DNA from: a virus
Lineage: Duplodnaviria; Caudoviricetes
Reading direction: 5' to 3' (one strand)
DNA: 53,927 bases
Virus record (IMG/VR): IMGVR_UViG_3300032299_000709
Span: 1 to 53,927 of that record
The notes beneath the pieces were generated by a model. It was not told where the DNA came from and ran no database searches. It saw only the letters and a program-made list of their open reading frames with translations. Of this stretch, positions 37,087 through 46,400 are shown one piece after another (position 1 is the stretch's first letter; the number at the start of each line of letters is the position of its first letter). The translations under genes and the position numbers were made by a program.

Positions 37087-40000
37087 ATGGCATTTGACGT
37101 TCAAGGTGCTTTAAAGGACGGATACAGCCCGGCCGAGATTGCTGACTACCTTGCCAGCAAAAGAAACTTCGACGTTGATAGCGCACGTAAGGACGGCGTC
37201 AGCGACGACGAAATCATAAGCCACCTGACGAGCCGGGTCGAGGCCCCCAAAGTTGCGCCAGTGGAAGAAGCTCCTGCGCCTACGCCTGTTAAACCAAAAG
37301 AGCCACCGGGCGTGCTGTCGCGCACGGCAGACGCCATCAAAGGCACGGTCAGTGGAATCGTTCCGGCCTTGGTTGAAAAGGTCACACCCTACAAGAGTGT
37401 GCTGGAAACAGCACCTGCGCCAACCGCGCAACAGCAACAGGCCGAAATCGACAAACGCTTGGGCTATGGCGCAGGACCTATCAGTCGCGAGACCGTGGCT
37501 AAAGCCGACCAAATGCGCATGGGTCGCGTGCCGGTTGAGCCGGGCCCCGCGCTTACAGTTGCCAAAGCTCGCGAAGCCGAAGGCGCTGAAACTTTTGACC
37601 AATTAGCCCAGCGGTTAAAGCGCGACGATGTGCTACAACAAGATGTTGAGACCGCGCGCCGCAAACGATTTGCTGAAGAAAACCCTTTGCTTGCCAGCGC
37701 TGCTGCTGGTTCAGCGGGTTTGATCAGCGGCACCTTAAACATTCCAAGCGTAGCCGCCGACGCCTTTAACCAAACGTTTGTCAATCCGGCTTTGCAACTT
37801 GCTGGTTTGAAACCTTTGGACAAAGTACCTACCGCGTTTGGTACTGAGTATCTTGGCAAAAGCGCTCAAGATTTCATGCCTAAGATTGGCACGCGCAGCA
37901 TGGAAGGCGCGTGGAAAAACGAAGAGTTTTCTCCGTGGCTTATGTCCAAGCTGGCGGCCAACTCCCCTCAAATGGCGCAGCAATTGGCCGCAGCTTTTGT
38001 GCCCCCGCTTCGCGTAGCTTTGTTGGGCGGCATGGGCGGCACAGCGGCTGGCCAAAGCTACGCGCAGGGCGATGACTCTCGGGTAGCCGTAGCCAAGGGC
38101 GCAATTGAAATTGGCACAGAAATGTTGCCGTTAAAAGTCTTTGATAAATTGGGCGACACGCTTAAAGGCATGTCGGTTGCAAAGCAAAATGCCGTCATGG
38201 CAATTGCTGGACAAAGATTGGCACAGTCAGGTGTTGCAATCACAGCCAACGGCATCACCAACGCCATTGAAGAAACGGCCGCGCAATTTGGCGGCAACGT
38301 GCTTGACAAGTTTTTTCAAGGCAAAGACCTTGAGTTGAGCAAGGGCCTTGGTGAAGCCGCTGTAATTGGTGCGGCCACTGGCACAGCTATGTCAGTGCCG
38401 CAAGTTGCCGGTATTGCTACTGGCGCTTACGACCCCAACGTGCAGATTGCCCGGGCTATTGAACAGAACGTTGCCGGCACACAGTTCACAGGCCTTGACG
38501 AAACTGCTCGCTACCTGCTTAACCCCCAGACATACGACGCCCGGTTGATCAGCCCTCTGGAAACGTCGGACCCATCACGCATTTTGCAATCGACTTCGGT
38601 CGACGACGCGGTTACCTCGGCAAATGAATTGGCCGGATCGCTGGAGATTACACCCAAGCCAATTGCACCTGTTGCAATTCAACCCCCACCGTTGCCGGTC
38701 ATAGATACCCTTGGTCGGATCGAGCCAACGTTTGATCTTAACGAGCCGCTGCCTGCCCTCGACACAACGCAGGCCCTAACGTTACCCGAACCAAGTGTTG
38801 CTACAGAACAACAATTTGGTTTGGACAAGTTGCGTTTGACTGCGCCTCGCCCACAAAAGATCCAAGGTGTTGCGGTTTCGCAACTGTCTGACGACCAGCT
38901 TCAGGCCATTACTATTGACGAGACCGTTCCCGCAATTACCCGCAGAGGCGCGTCAGTTGAGCTCACAGCGCGTCAAACAGAAGCGGCTGGTACTACCCCA
39001 GCTACCTTACCTGTAAGCGGTCCTATCACGCCAATGGCTGGACCTCCAAGCATTCCCAGCGTACCATTAGCCAATGCAGCAACCAGCCAAACCATTACCG
39101 CCGACAAAACCCTTACCCTTCCAGAACCGGAAATGTCTGGTGCCGCAATTGCGCCAGTGGGAGGAGAGTCTGCCGCAGCTGGAGCGAGAGCAACTGCACA
39201 AAATGCTATCGACAGGTGGGCTACTTCCAACGGTGTAGAAAGCCCAGCAGTTTTCAATGCGTCTCCAGCAAATCTGGACAGCGCAGTCAACGAAATTGCT
39301 CAGGCGCTGAACAGCCAGTTTGGTGCTAGGGTTTACGCTTATAACGACGACCGAGCAAACGCCATAAACGGCGTGGCCATTGGCGGCACAGCTTTTATCA
39401 ATACCGCCAACGTTGACATCAACGTTGCGCGCACAGGCCTACACGAATTCCATCACACGGTTGAACAGCTTGCCTCCCTTGAAGCCAAGCAAGGCCAAAC
39501 CAACACAGCCGCTCAGCAATACGTGGCCAGCATGGACGGCATCTTTGACGGGATGACCGATGCGGGTAAACGCGCATACCTTGAAAACTTCCTGATGAAG
39601 GAAGAGTTGGACGCAATTGCCGATCCTGTTGCGCGGGAACAACGTTTGCAAGAAGCAATGGTTGGCAAAACCCTGCGGTCCGAAATGGTTGCCGATTTCC
39701 TAGGCAACCGGGCTACAGACAAAAAGTTTTGGCAAAGCGTGGCGGCTGCTGACCCACAAGGTTTTAAAGGTTTTGTCGACAAATGGATTAAGATCATTGA
39801 CAATTTGATCGACACGCTTAAAGGCACGTCAACTCAAGGCAAAAAAGAATCTGCTAAAGTTGATACCTATTTGCGTGACTTGAAAAAGGCAAAGGCAATA
39901 GCTCGCGACGCACTCGTTGCGTATAACAAAGGAATCCAAGATGGAAGCATTAGCACCACAGGCAGTGAAGGCGTATCAGGGCCTACAGCGTCTGCTCGAC

Positions 40001-42981
40001 AATTCGCTGGTGGAGATGGGCGCGGTGAAATCCCAGAGTATGGAACAGCCCGCGAAGGCGCCATCTCAGTCCTCGCCCGCCACTACTCAACCGAAGCCCG
40101 CACTTCGTTAAATGGAGCTTATTATGGGACTGGTCTCAAAGGTGCAGAACGCGATCGACTGGACAGTAGCCCAGATCCTCGCCTCAAAAACCGCGTTTAC
40201 TTCTATGTTGATCAAGGCTCCGGAGTCCGCCCCGAAGCCGGAGTCGGAGGCATTGCCCACGAAGTCCGACTCAACAACATCTACGACCCCAAAACGCAAA
40301 TACTCCCGGTCAAAGGGAACTTCAACGCCTTTGAATCCGCGGTAATTAACGGGGGCTTTGACGGCTACATTGCTCCCTTTGGGAACAATCAAGCAGCCGT
40401 TGTCCTGTTGGGCCCGCGCCATTCGGCCGTACCTGTCAAGTCTATCGGCCGCGTGGCTGGCGCCCCAGCCCCTGTTACAGCAGAACCAACAACGCTAAAG
40501 AAGAGTCTCCTTTCCAAGGAGCTGGCCACCATCGAGGCATCCCGTGTACCGGGTGCCCGTGTTGCTGCTGGCAATTTGGAGATACCTACCACTTCACGCG
40601 ACGCGGCCAACACAGAGCTGGAGCGTATTGGCAGTAACGTCAGGTTCAGCAAAAAAGCTGTGCCTGAAACGGTCGATGACTTCGCCAAGCTGGAGACTGT
40701 GATTCCTCGCGCCCGCGAAGGATCGTTCAACACCAACCGCCAGCTCAAGGTTGATTTGCAAACAGCCATCTTGGCCGCAGCCAAAGAAGCAAAAGTCGAC
40801 CTGTCTTCTCAGACCGACGAGACTACAAACTACCTTACTCGGGTGGGTGTGGCCGACGCGTTGTACGCTATCCAGTCAAACGCCAACGCGGTGGGCTGGT
40901 ACGACAAGACGGTCAGCAAAGCGCTTCGTATTTTGGGTGAGATCCACCCAGAAATAAACACCGACCCAGACGCAAAGTTTGCTTTTACTTGGGCACTGGC
41001 TGTTACGTCCAACGGTTTGAAGGTCGACAAAAACTTTGAGTTGGCCGAAAGCGCTTACAAAGAATACAAGCGCACGGGCAAGATGCCGACCAACCTTACC
41101 GCCGGTCAAGCGCAAGGTGCTATCAACGACAGCCTTGGTTTGTTTAACGAGATGGTTGCCCAGTACGGCATTGACAACGTCCGAGAATTCATGGACAGCA
41201 AGTTCCGCGTATCTCAAATTGAGCGGGCCACCGGGCTAGAAGTAGGCGGCGAATTTAAAGAGACTGAAGTTCGCGGCGCGGCCGTGCTGGGTCCAAAGAT
41301 TGGCAACGGCTTCTACTCAAACTTAAACGGATTCTTTGACCAGCTTACTATGGACCGCTGGCTCATGCGCACATGGGGCCGTTGGACTGGCACGTTGATT
41401 GAAGCCCGGCCTGACATGGTCAAGGCCAAACGAGCAGAACTCAAAGATCTTGTTGTAAAAATGAAACAGGATGCGCCTGCTGCGCTTGCGTTTCAAAAGG
41501 CGCTTAACGCAAAGCTGCAAACCGGAGATCTTGACGCGCTGGCCTTGGCCATCCAAAAGGCTTCGATGCTTCCGGCCACTCGGGAATCCTTTAACAAAAC
41601 GGTTACTGGCCAAGAGATCCGCAAGACCGGCAACGCTTTGGCTAAGTATCTTGATGGCCAAAAAGAAGCACCCGCTGGGCCCGATGAACGCAATTACATT
41701 CGCAAGGTTTTTAACAAAATCCTGACAGATGTTCGCGGCAAAGGATACCCTGCTCTTACAATGTCCGATTTGCAAGCGCTTCTTTGGTATCCTGAAAAAC
41801 GTTTGTATGACATTGCCAAATCAGACGAGATTGCCAGCGAAGGTTACTCAGACGACGAAGCCCCGGACTATGCAAACGCGGCAGCTAAGCTGGCGCGTAG
41901 CCTTGGCATCTCTGACGCAAAAATTCAGAGTGCAATAACTAAAGCGGAGAATGAATATGAGAATCGAGTCAGCGCAAGACCAGCAAAACCAAGTGCTGGA
42001 GGACAGCAAGCCCAAGCTACTGTCCCGGCCGCAGTTCGAGGCTTTGGTGAACGAGAGAAACGGTCGTTCCTTACCACCGGCGTCGTCCGCCGCATACGAT
42101 CCGCTGGCACAAATCCTACAAGCCAACCCAACTCTTACAAAAGAAAAGGCGGTGGCGATGATAGAAGCAGCCGGGTTCTAGGAATTCCTACGGTTGCCGT
42201 ATTTACGCCGGCAACCACTTTCAAAAATGCACTGAGCGAAGTCCCAGCTGCTGCGCCTAAATTCTTTGAGATGGGTCCTGAAGGGGCCAAGACTTTCCGT
42301 GATTCAATTCAGGCGTCCAAAGAGAGCTCGCCTTTTGGGGCGTCGGTCTTTGTGTACGATGAGGCTGATTACGCTGACATGCGCACGTTCTTGTCAGACG
42401 ACGGCAAAGCTGGCTTTGCCCTGAAGGGTGACGACATTGTGTCCGTGTTTGCTGGACCAGAGCAGCGCGGCGCTGTCAACAGTATCTTGCAATTGGCCAC
42501 CCAAGAAGGCGGCCGCAGGCTTGATGCCTTTGATACCGTGCTGCCCGTCCTCTACGCCACCCATGGATTTAAACCCGTGGCCCGGGTCAAGTGGAGCGAC
42601 GACGCCGCGCCTGATGATTGGAACAAAGAGACCTTTAAAGAATTCAACAACGGCAAACCCGATGTGGTGTTCATGGTCCATGACCCTGAGTCTTTTGCAA
42701 AGTACACCGAGGGCGACGGCAAAATTATTCAGGACTACGACCAAGGCGCGGTCGAGCAAGCCAAGGCTTTAAAGGACATCAAACAAGTTCGCCAAACGGA
42801 CCTTGAAAGTCTAGAATCTCTTTTTAAACGTTTAGAGAAACGCGGCCTTGCCAAGGCCAACGCTGAGAATGATGTGGCTAAGCGGGTTGACGCCCCGCAG
42901 ATTCAATACATGCAGGACAATTTTCTTGACATCCTTGACGAGTTGGACACCGCCGGCTTAGTCGAAATCAATTGCAAATAA
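37087..42981 (+). CDS. large polyvalent protein A: HExxH metallopeptidase, ART-like, HhH-glycosylase-like and GNAT domains
   Basis: HEFHH (39442) + EMVADF; HYS..GTG..RVYFY..GFDGY; GWY..AVTSN..GPKIG..TMDRW..QALLW; DIVSVF..GGRRLDAFD..LYATHGF. Confidence 0.8.
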   Translation: MAFDVQGALKDGYSPAEIADYLASKRNFDVDSARKDGVSDDEIISHLTSRVEAPKVAPVEEAPAPTPVKPKEPPGVLSRTADAIKGTVSGIVPALVEKVTPYKSVLETAPAPTAQQQQAEIDKRLGYGAGPISRETVAKADQMRMGRVPVEPGPALTVAKAREAEGAETFDQLAQRLKRDDVLQQDVETARRKRFAEENPLLASAAAGSAGLISGTLNIPSVAADAFNQTFVNPALQLAGLKPLDKVPTAFGTEYLGKSAQDFMPKIGTRSMEGAWKNEEFSPWLMSKLAANSPQMAQQLAAAFVPPLRVALLGGMGGTAAGQSYAQGDDSRVAVAKGAIEIGTEMLPLKVFDKLGDTLKGMSVAKQNAVMAIAGQRLAQSGVAITANGITNAIEETAAQFGGNVLDKFFQGKDLELSKGLGEAAVIGAATGTAMSVPQVAGIATGAYDPNVQIARAIEQNVAGTQFTGLDETARYLLNPQTYDARLISPLETSDPSRILQSTSVDDAVTSANELAGSLEITPKPIAPVAIQPPPLPVIDTLGRIEPTFDLNEPLPALDTTQALTLPEPSVATEQQFGLDKLRLTAPRPQKIQGVAVSQLSDDQLQAITIDETVPAITRRGASVELTARQTEAAGTTPATLPVSGPITPMAGPPSIPSVPLANAATSQTITADKTLTLPEPEMSGAAIAPVGGESAAAGARATAQNAIDRWATSNGVESPAVFNASPANLDSAVNEIAQALNSQFGARVYAYNDDRANAINGVAIGGTAFINTANVDINVARTGLHEFHHTVEQLASLEAKQGQTNTAAQQYVASMDGIFDGMTDAGKRAYLENFLMKEELDAIADPVAREQRLQEAMVGKTLRSEMVADFLGNRATDKKFWQSVAAADPQGFKGFVDKWIKIIDNLIDTLKGTSTQGKKESAKVDTYLRDLKKAKAIARDALVAYNKGIQDGSISTTGSEGVSGPTASARQFAGGDGRGEIPEYGTAREGAISVLARHYSTEARTSLNGAYYGTGLKGAERDRLDSSPDPRLKNRVYFYVDQGSGVRPEAGVGGIAHEVRLNNIYDPKTQILPVKGNFNAFESAVINGGFDGYIAPFGNNQAAVVLLGPRHSAVPVKSIGRVAGAPAPVTAEPTTLKKSLLSKELATIEASRVPGARVAAGNLEIPTTSRDAANTELERIGSNVRFSKKAVPETVDDFAKLETVIPRAREGSFNTNRQLKVDLQTAILAAAKEAKVDLSSQTDETTNYLTRVGVADALYAIQSNANAVGWYDKTVSKALRILGEIHPEINTDPDAKFAFTWALAVTSNGLKVDKNFELAESAYKEYKRTGKMPTNLTAGQAQGAINDSLGLFNEMVAQYGIDNVREFMDSKFRVSQIERATGLEVGGEFKETEVRGAAVLGPKIGNGFYSNLNGFFDQLTMDRWLMRTWGRWTGTLIEARPDMVKAKRAELKDLVVKMKQDAPAALAFQKALNAKLQTGDLDALALAIQKASMLPATRESFNKTVTGQEIRKTGNALAKYLDGQKEAPAGPDERNYIRKVFNKILTDVRGKGYPALTMSDLQALLWYPEKRLYDIAKSDEIASEGYSDDEAPDYANAAAKLARSLGISDAKIQSAITKAENEYENRVSARPAKPSAGGQQAQATVPAAVRGFGEREKRSFLTTGVVRRIRSAGTNPTSQPNSYKRKGGGDDRSSRVLGIPTVAVFTPATTFKNALSEVPAAAPKFFEMGPEGAKTFRDSIQASKESSPFGASVFVYDEADYADMRTFLSDDGKAGFALKGDDIVSVFAGPEQRGAVNSILQLATQEGGRRLDAFDTVLPVLYATHGFKPVARVKWSDDAAPDDWNKETFKEFNNGKPDVVFMVHDPESFAKYTEGDGKIIQDYDQGAVEQAKALKDIKQVRQTDLESLESLFKRLEKRGLAKANAENDVAKRVDAPQIQYMQDNFLDILDELDTAGLVEINCK
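39941..40111 (+). CDS. candidate overprinted 56-aa gene (+1 frame) before the ART-like domain
   Basis: AAAGGA 7 nt upstream of ATG; MEALAPQAVKAYQGLQRLLDNSLVEMG. Confidence 0.45.
   Translation: MEALAPQAVKAYQGLQRLLDNSLVEMGAVKSQSMEQPAKAPSQSSPATTQPKPALR
41957..42181 (+). CDS. candidate overprinted 74-aa gene (+1 frame) before the GNAT domain
   Basis: GGAG 7 nt upstream of ATG; ends DPLAQILQANPTLTKEKAVAMIEAAGF; main frame here is low-complexity linker. Confidence 0.6.
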   Translation: MRIESAQDQQNQVLEDSKPKLLSRPQFEALVNERNGRSLPPASSAAYDPLAQILQANPTLTKEKAVAMIEAAGF

Positions 42982-42990
42982 GGGGCTACC

Positions 42991-43482
42991 ATGACACCAA
43001 CAATGATCATCTCTGCTGACATCAAGCGCCTGCTTGACGACGCAATCCACTCTGAGCTTTACGCAGCAAACCTGTACAAGCACATTGCCAATCAGGTGCA
43101 GCGCCTTGGCTACCTTGGCGCAATGAAATTCTTTTTGAAAGAAAGCAAAGCCGAGTTGGATCACTACCAACTGCACGCACAATTTCAAAACGATGTAGGC
43201 ACCGTAGCCAAAGTCCCAATGATTGAAGCTATGGATGATTCAATCAAATCGTTTTCTGATGCCATGGAATTGGCCTACGAAACTGAGCTTGAGTTGTACA
43301 ACAATTACAAAAGTATGTACTCCCAAGCCAGTAGCGACCCCGTGGTCCAGCAGTTCTTGCTTCAGTTTCTGGAGCTCCAACGCACCAGCGTTGGCGAGTA
43401 CGGCGACTTGCTTGCCCGCATCCAGTTAGTGGATGGCGACAAAGCAGGCATGCTCTTGATCGATCAGGAGCTGGGAGCCTGA
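42991..43482 (+). CDS. ferritin (non-haem FtnA-like)
   Basis: E22, Y29, E55, H58, E99, Q130 match the spacing of the FtnA ferroxidase centre; 163 aa. Confidence 0.8.
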   Translation: MTPTMIISADIKRLLDDAIHSELYAANLYKHIANQVQRLGYLGAMKFFLKESKAELDHYQLHAQFQNDVGTVAKVPMIEAMDDSIKSFSDAMELAYETELELYNNYKSMYSQASSDPVVQQFLLQFLELQRTSVGEYGDLLARIQLVDGDKAGMLLIDQELGA

Positions 43483-43486
43483 TCAC

Positions 43487-46400
43487 ATGGCAACATGTAC
43501 ATACACGTTCACCGGTGCTGACGGCAAGAGCATCGACATAAAGGGTATACCCGCCCTTAAAGAATTCCTGCTTGAAGGTGGGCTGGCTCAATACTTGCCT
43601 GCTCGGGCAACCGCGCTTGCTGAGATAGGGGCCGAAGCGCCAGCACTTAGCCGACGCGAACAAACTGAAAGCATTGGAATTAATGTCAATCAAGACGGTG
43701 AAAATCAATACGCAGATAAAATTGTTGATGGCCAAAAAACTTTAGAAACTAGAGCTTCGGATTCGCTTCGCCCCTACGTAGGAAAACGAGTTGCCATTGT
43801 TAGAACTGGCGACGGCCCAGCTAAAGCAATTGGCGCAGTAACGATTGGCGAGCCTATAAAAGTAACTACCCAAAAACAATTTGATCAATACCGGGATCAA
43901 ACTTTGGTGCCTAAAGATTCTAAGTTTGATCTTACCCCGGGCGGCGTTAAATATTTATACCCTGTAGAAAACCCGGTTCGATACGCAACCGAACTTGATG
44001 TTGGTCTTGGCATCGTAGCTCGTAAAGTAATTGCACCTAGCCTTAGCCGACGCGAGCAAAAAAATGCGGCGGCAAGCCGCGTATCCAATGTCAGCTCTGA
44101 TCGCTTCAAACGCACCGACGAATTGCAGCAAGCCGTCACCGACTTGCAAGAAGGCAAGATTACCCAAGACGAATACAACGCTATGGTCGACGACCTTCGT
44201 CCGGTCTATCCGTACGAAAAAGTCCCAGCGCTTACAACGCCGTCCGATGCTAAATATGCTTTGGCCAATGGTCGTGGCCAAAGCCCGGAGAAGGCGGCCA
44301 AGTACGGCTTGCCATCAGACACCTTGGCCAAAGGCGACTTTGCCCAGTTGCGTTTGGACATCCCCTCGTATCAAGAGCATGACTCGTGGGTGGTCAGCGT
44401 GCACACACCTAAGTCCACCAACCGTGAAGTGCAAGCAGCGTATGACGCAGGCACTGTCATTGGCTATGAATCCGTGGCATCAATGACCGACGTAACTTTT
44501 GGCATGAATCAAAAGGCGGCAACCAAGATTGCACAAGGTACAAGCAAGGGCACGATTGCCACCATGCTTGGCAAATGGAAACCCATCAGCAACCAAGCCG
44601 CAAAAGTTCGGGCCGATGCCGCTATTAAAGACTCAGCTTGGACACAGGTGGGCATGGACCCATTCCGTCACAGTTATTTTTACGATCGCGACACAATGCG
44701 CCCAGTGCTAAGCGCTGACGAAGTAATTCAAATTGGCCCTTTGGTGTTGGCCAAGAACGCCACATTTAGCGAAGACGGCACAGACATCACCGGTGCACCG
44801 ATTGCTTTTAGTGCCAAGCAGCGCGAGCTTTCAGAAGATGCCAAGCAACAACAAGTCTTTTTGCAAAAGAAGGCCGAAGAAGCTGGCTACAAAACAATAG
44901 TTGAGTTTGGCGACAAAGACTTTGATAACTTTGTCTTAGCTGCCTCGCAGTGGCGCCAAGAAAACCCAGCTGACATGATGTTCAGCAATCGCCAGACTGA
45001 AGGTTGGATTCTTAGCCGCGATGCCACCGGCCGCTTCCGTTTTGGTGCAGGCGCCAAGGCCTACCGTCTGGTGGCCGATGTGGCCAACAATGTTCTTGAC
45101 AAAATTGGCATGAAGCCAGTCAGCCCTGAGCTAAGCCGCGCGCTGCGCAAGATGAAGACCGAAGTTGAGAAGGCCCAGAACCTTACGGTCGACGTGGCCA
45201 AGAACCTCAAAGACTTGCCAGAGCAAGAGCGCCAGATGATCAGCGATGTGATCGAGGGCGAACTCAAGCGCGGCGTCAAGCCACCTAAGCGGGTGTTAGA
45301 ACTGGCCGCTTCAATGCAGTCAATCATGTCTGAACAAACGCAAGAGCTGGTGCGCTTGGGCATGCTGACACCGGAAGCAGCTGGCCGTTGGGACGGCAAA
45401 TACTTGCCGCGTTTCTATGAGTCCAAGATTGGCGACGAAACAAAAGCATGGATGAAAGCAGCCAAGAGTTTGATGGGTCGCACCCGCACAATGCAGGGCA
45501 TCACCGGCAACAGCCTCAAGGCTCGCGGTATGTTTGAGAACGTGCCCGTTGCTGACGTGCAAGACTGGCTTGACGAAGGCTGGGAGGTGCGCGATCCTAC
45601 GTTTGACCCGCTGACCAGCGACGTTGTAACAATGTGGCGCGACTACACGCGCCGCGAACGGGACGACATGGGCGAAATCCGCGATGCCATGTTCCGCTTT
45701 GTCATGGGCTACAACAAATCCCAACGTGACATGGCGCTTGGCCGTCTGTACGAAAACCTTGCAACGTCCTACGCAAGTCGCGTAGAGAAACCCGGCTACG
45801 TCAAAGTCCCAGCAACCACAATTGAAGACACCGCAAACGTTCGCCGATACGGCAAGCTCGGCGGTAAGTGGGTGCCCAAAGAAGTGATGGACCAGCTCAG
45901 TACCTTTGATACATCAATGCAAAACGATTTGCTCAAGATGTATCTCAAAGGTTTGTCGATGTGGAAAGAAGGCAAGACCGTTCTTAATCCTGTATCGCAC
46001 GCCAACAACATTATCTCCAACTTGACGATGGCTCACTTTGCTGGCGTGTCTTACTGGGATGCCGGTAAGTACGCTGGCGCAGTGCGCGATCTGGTCAAGG
46101 GCGACCCCATGGTTGACGAAGCCAAAGAGGCCGGCCTGTTTGGCGGAACCTTTAATCGTTCGGAGTTAATGGACCAGCTGCCAGAACAGCTCAAGGCGAT
46201 GGCTCAGATGACCGAGTCCAAAGCAGGCATGGCTGTTGACCGTGTGTGGAACGCGCTGTCGTTTTTCCTGCGCAAGCCCGCTGGCAAAGCGTACGAAGCA
46301 GAAGACTTGTTCTTCCGCTACTTGATTTACCGTGATGCGCGCAAACGTGGGGTGGACGTTGAAGACGCGGTCGATTGGTCACAGAACTTTATCTTTACCT

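Noticed and set aside
40112-40345. Further +1-frame ORF (77 aa) directly after the nested gene
   Set aside because: It overlaps the conserved ART-like core, has no SD, and has S/T/P-rich shadow-frame composition.
42900-43530. Split intein joining the two giant proteins
   Set aside because: No Hint-domain blocks and no His-Asn/Cys splice junction; only isolated terminal cysteines.
44031-44486. 151-aa +1-frame ORF in protein B
   Set aside because: No SD, shadow-frame composition, and it overlaps a globular main-frame domain.
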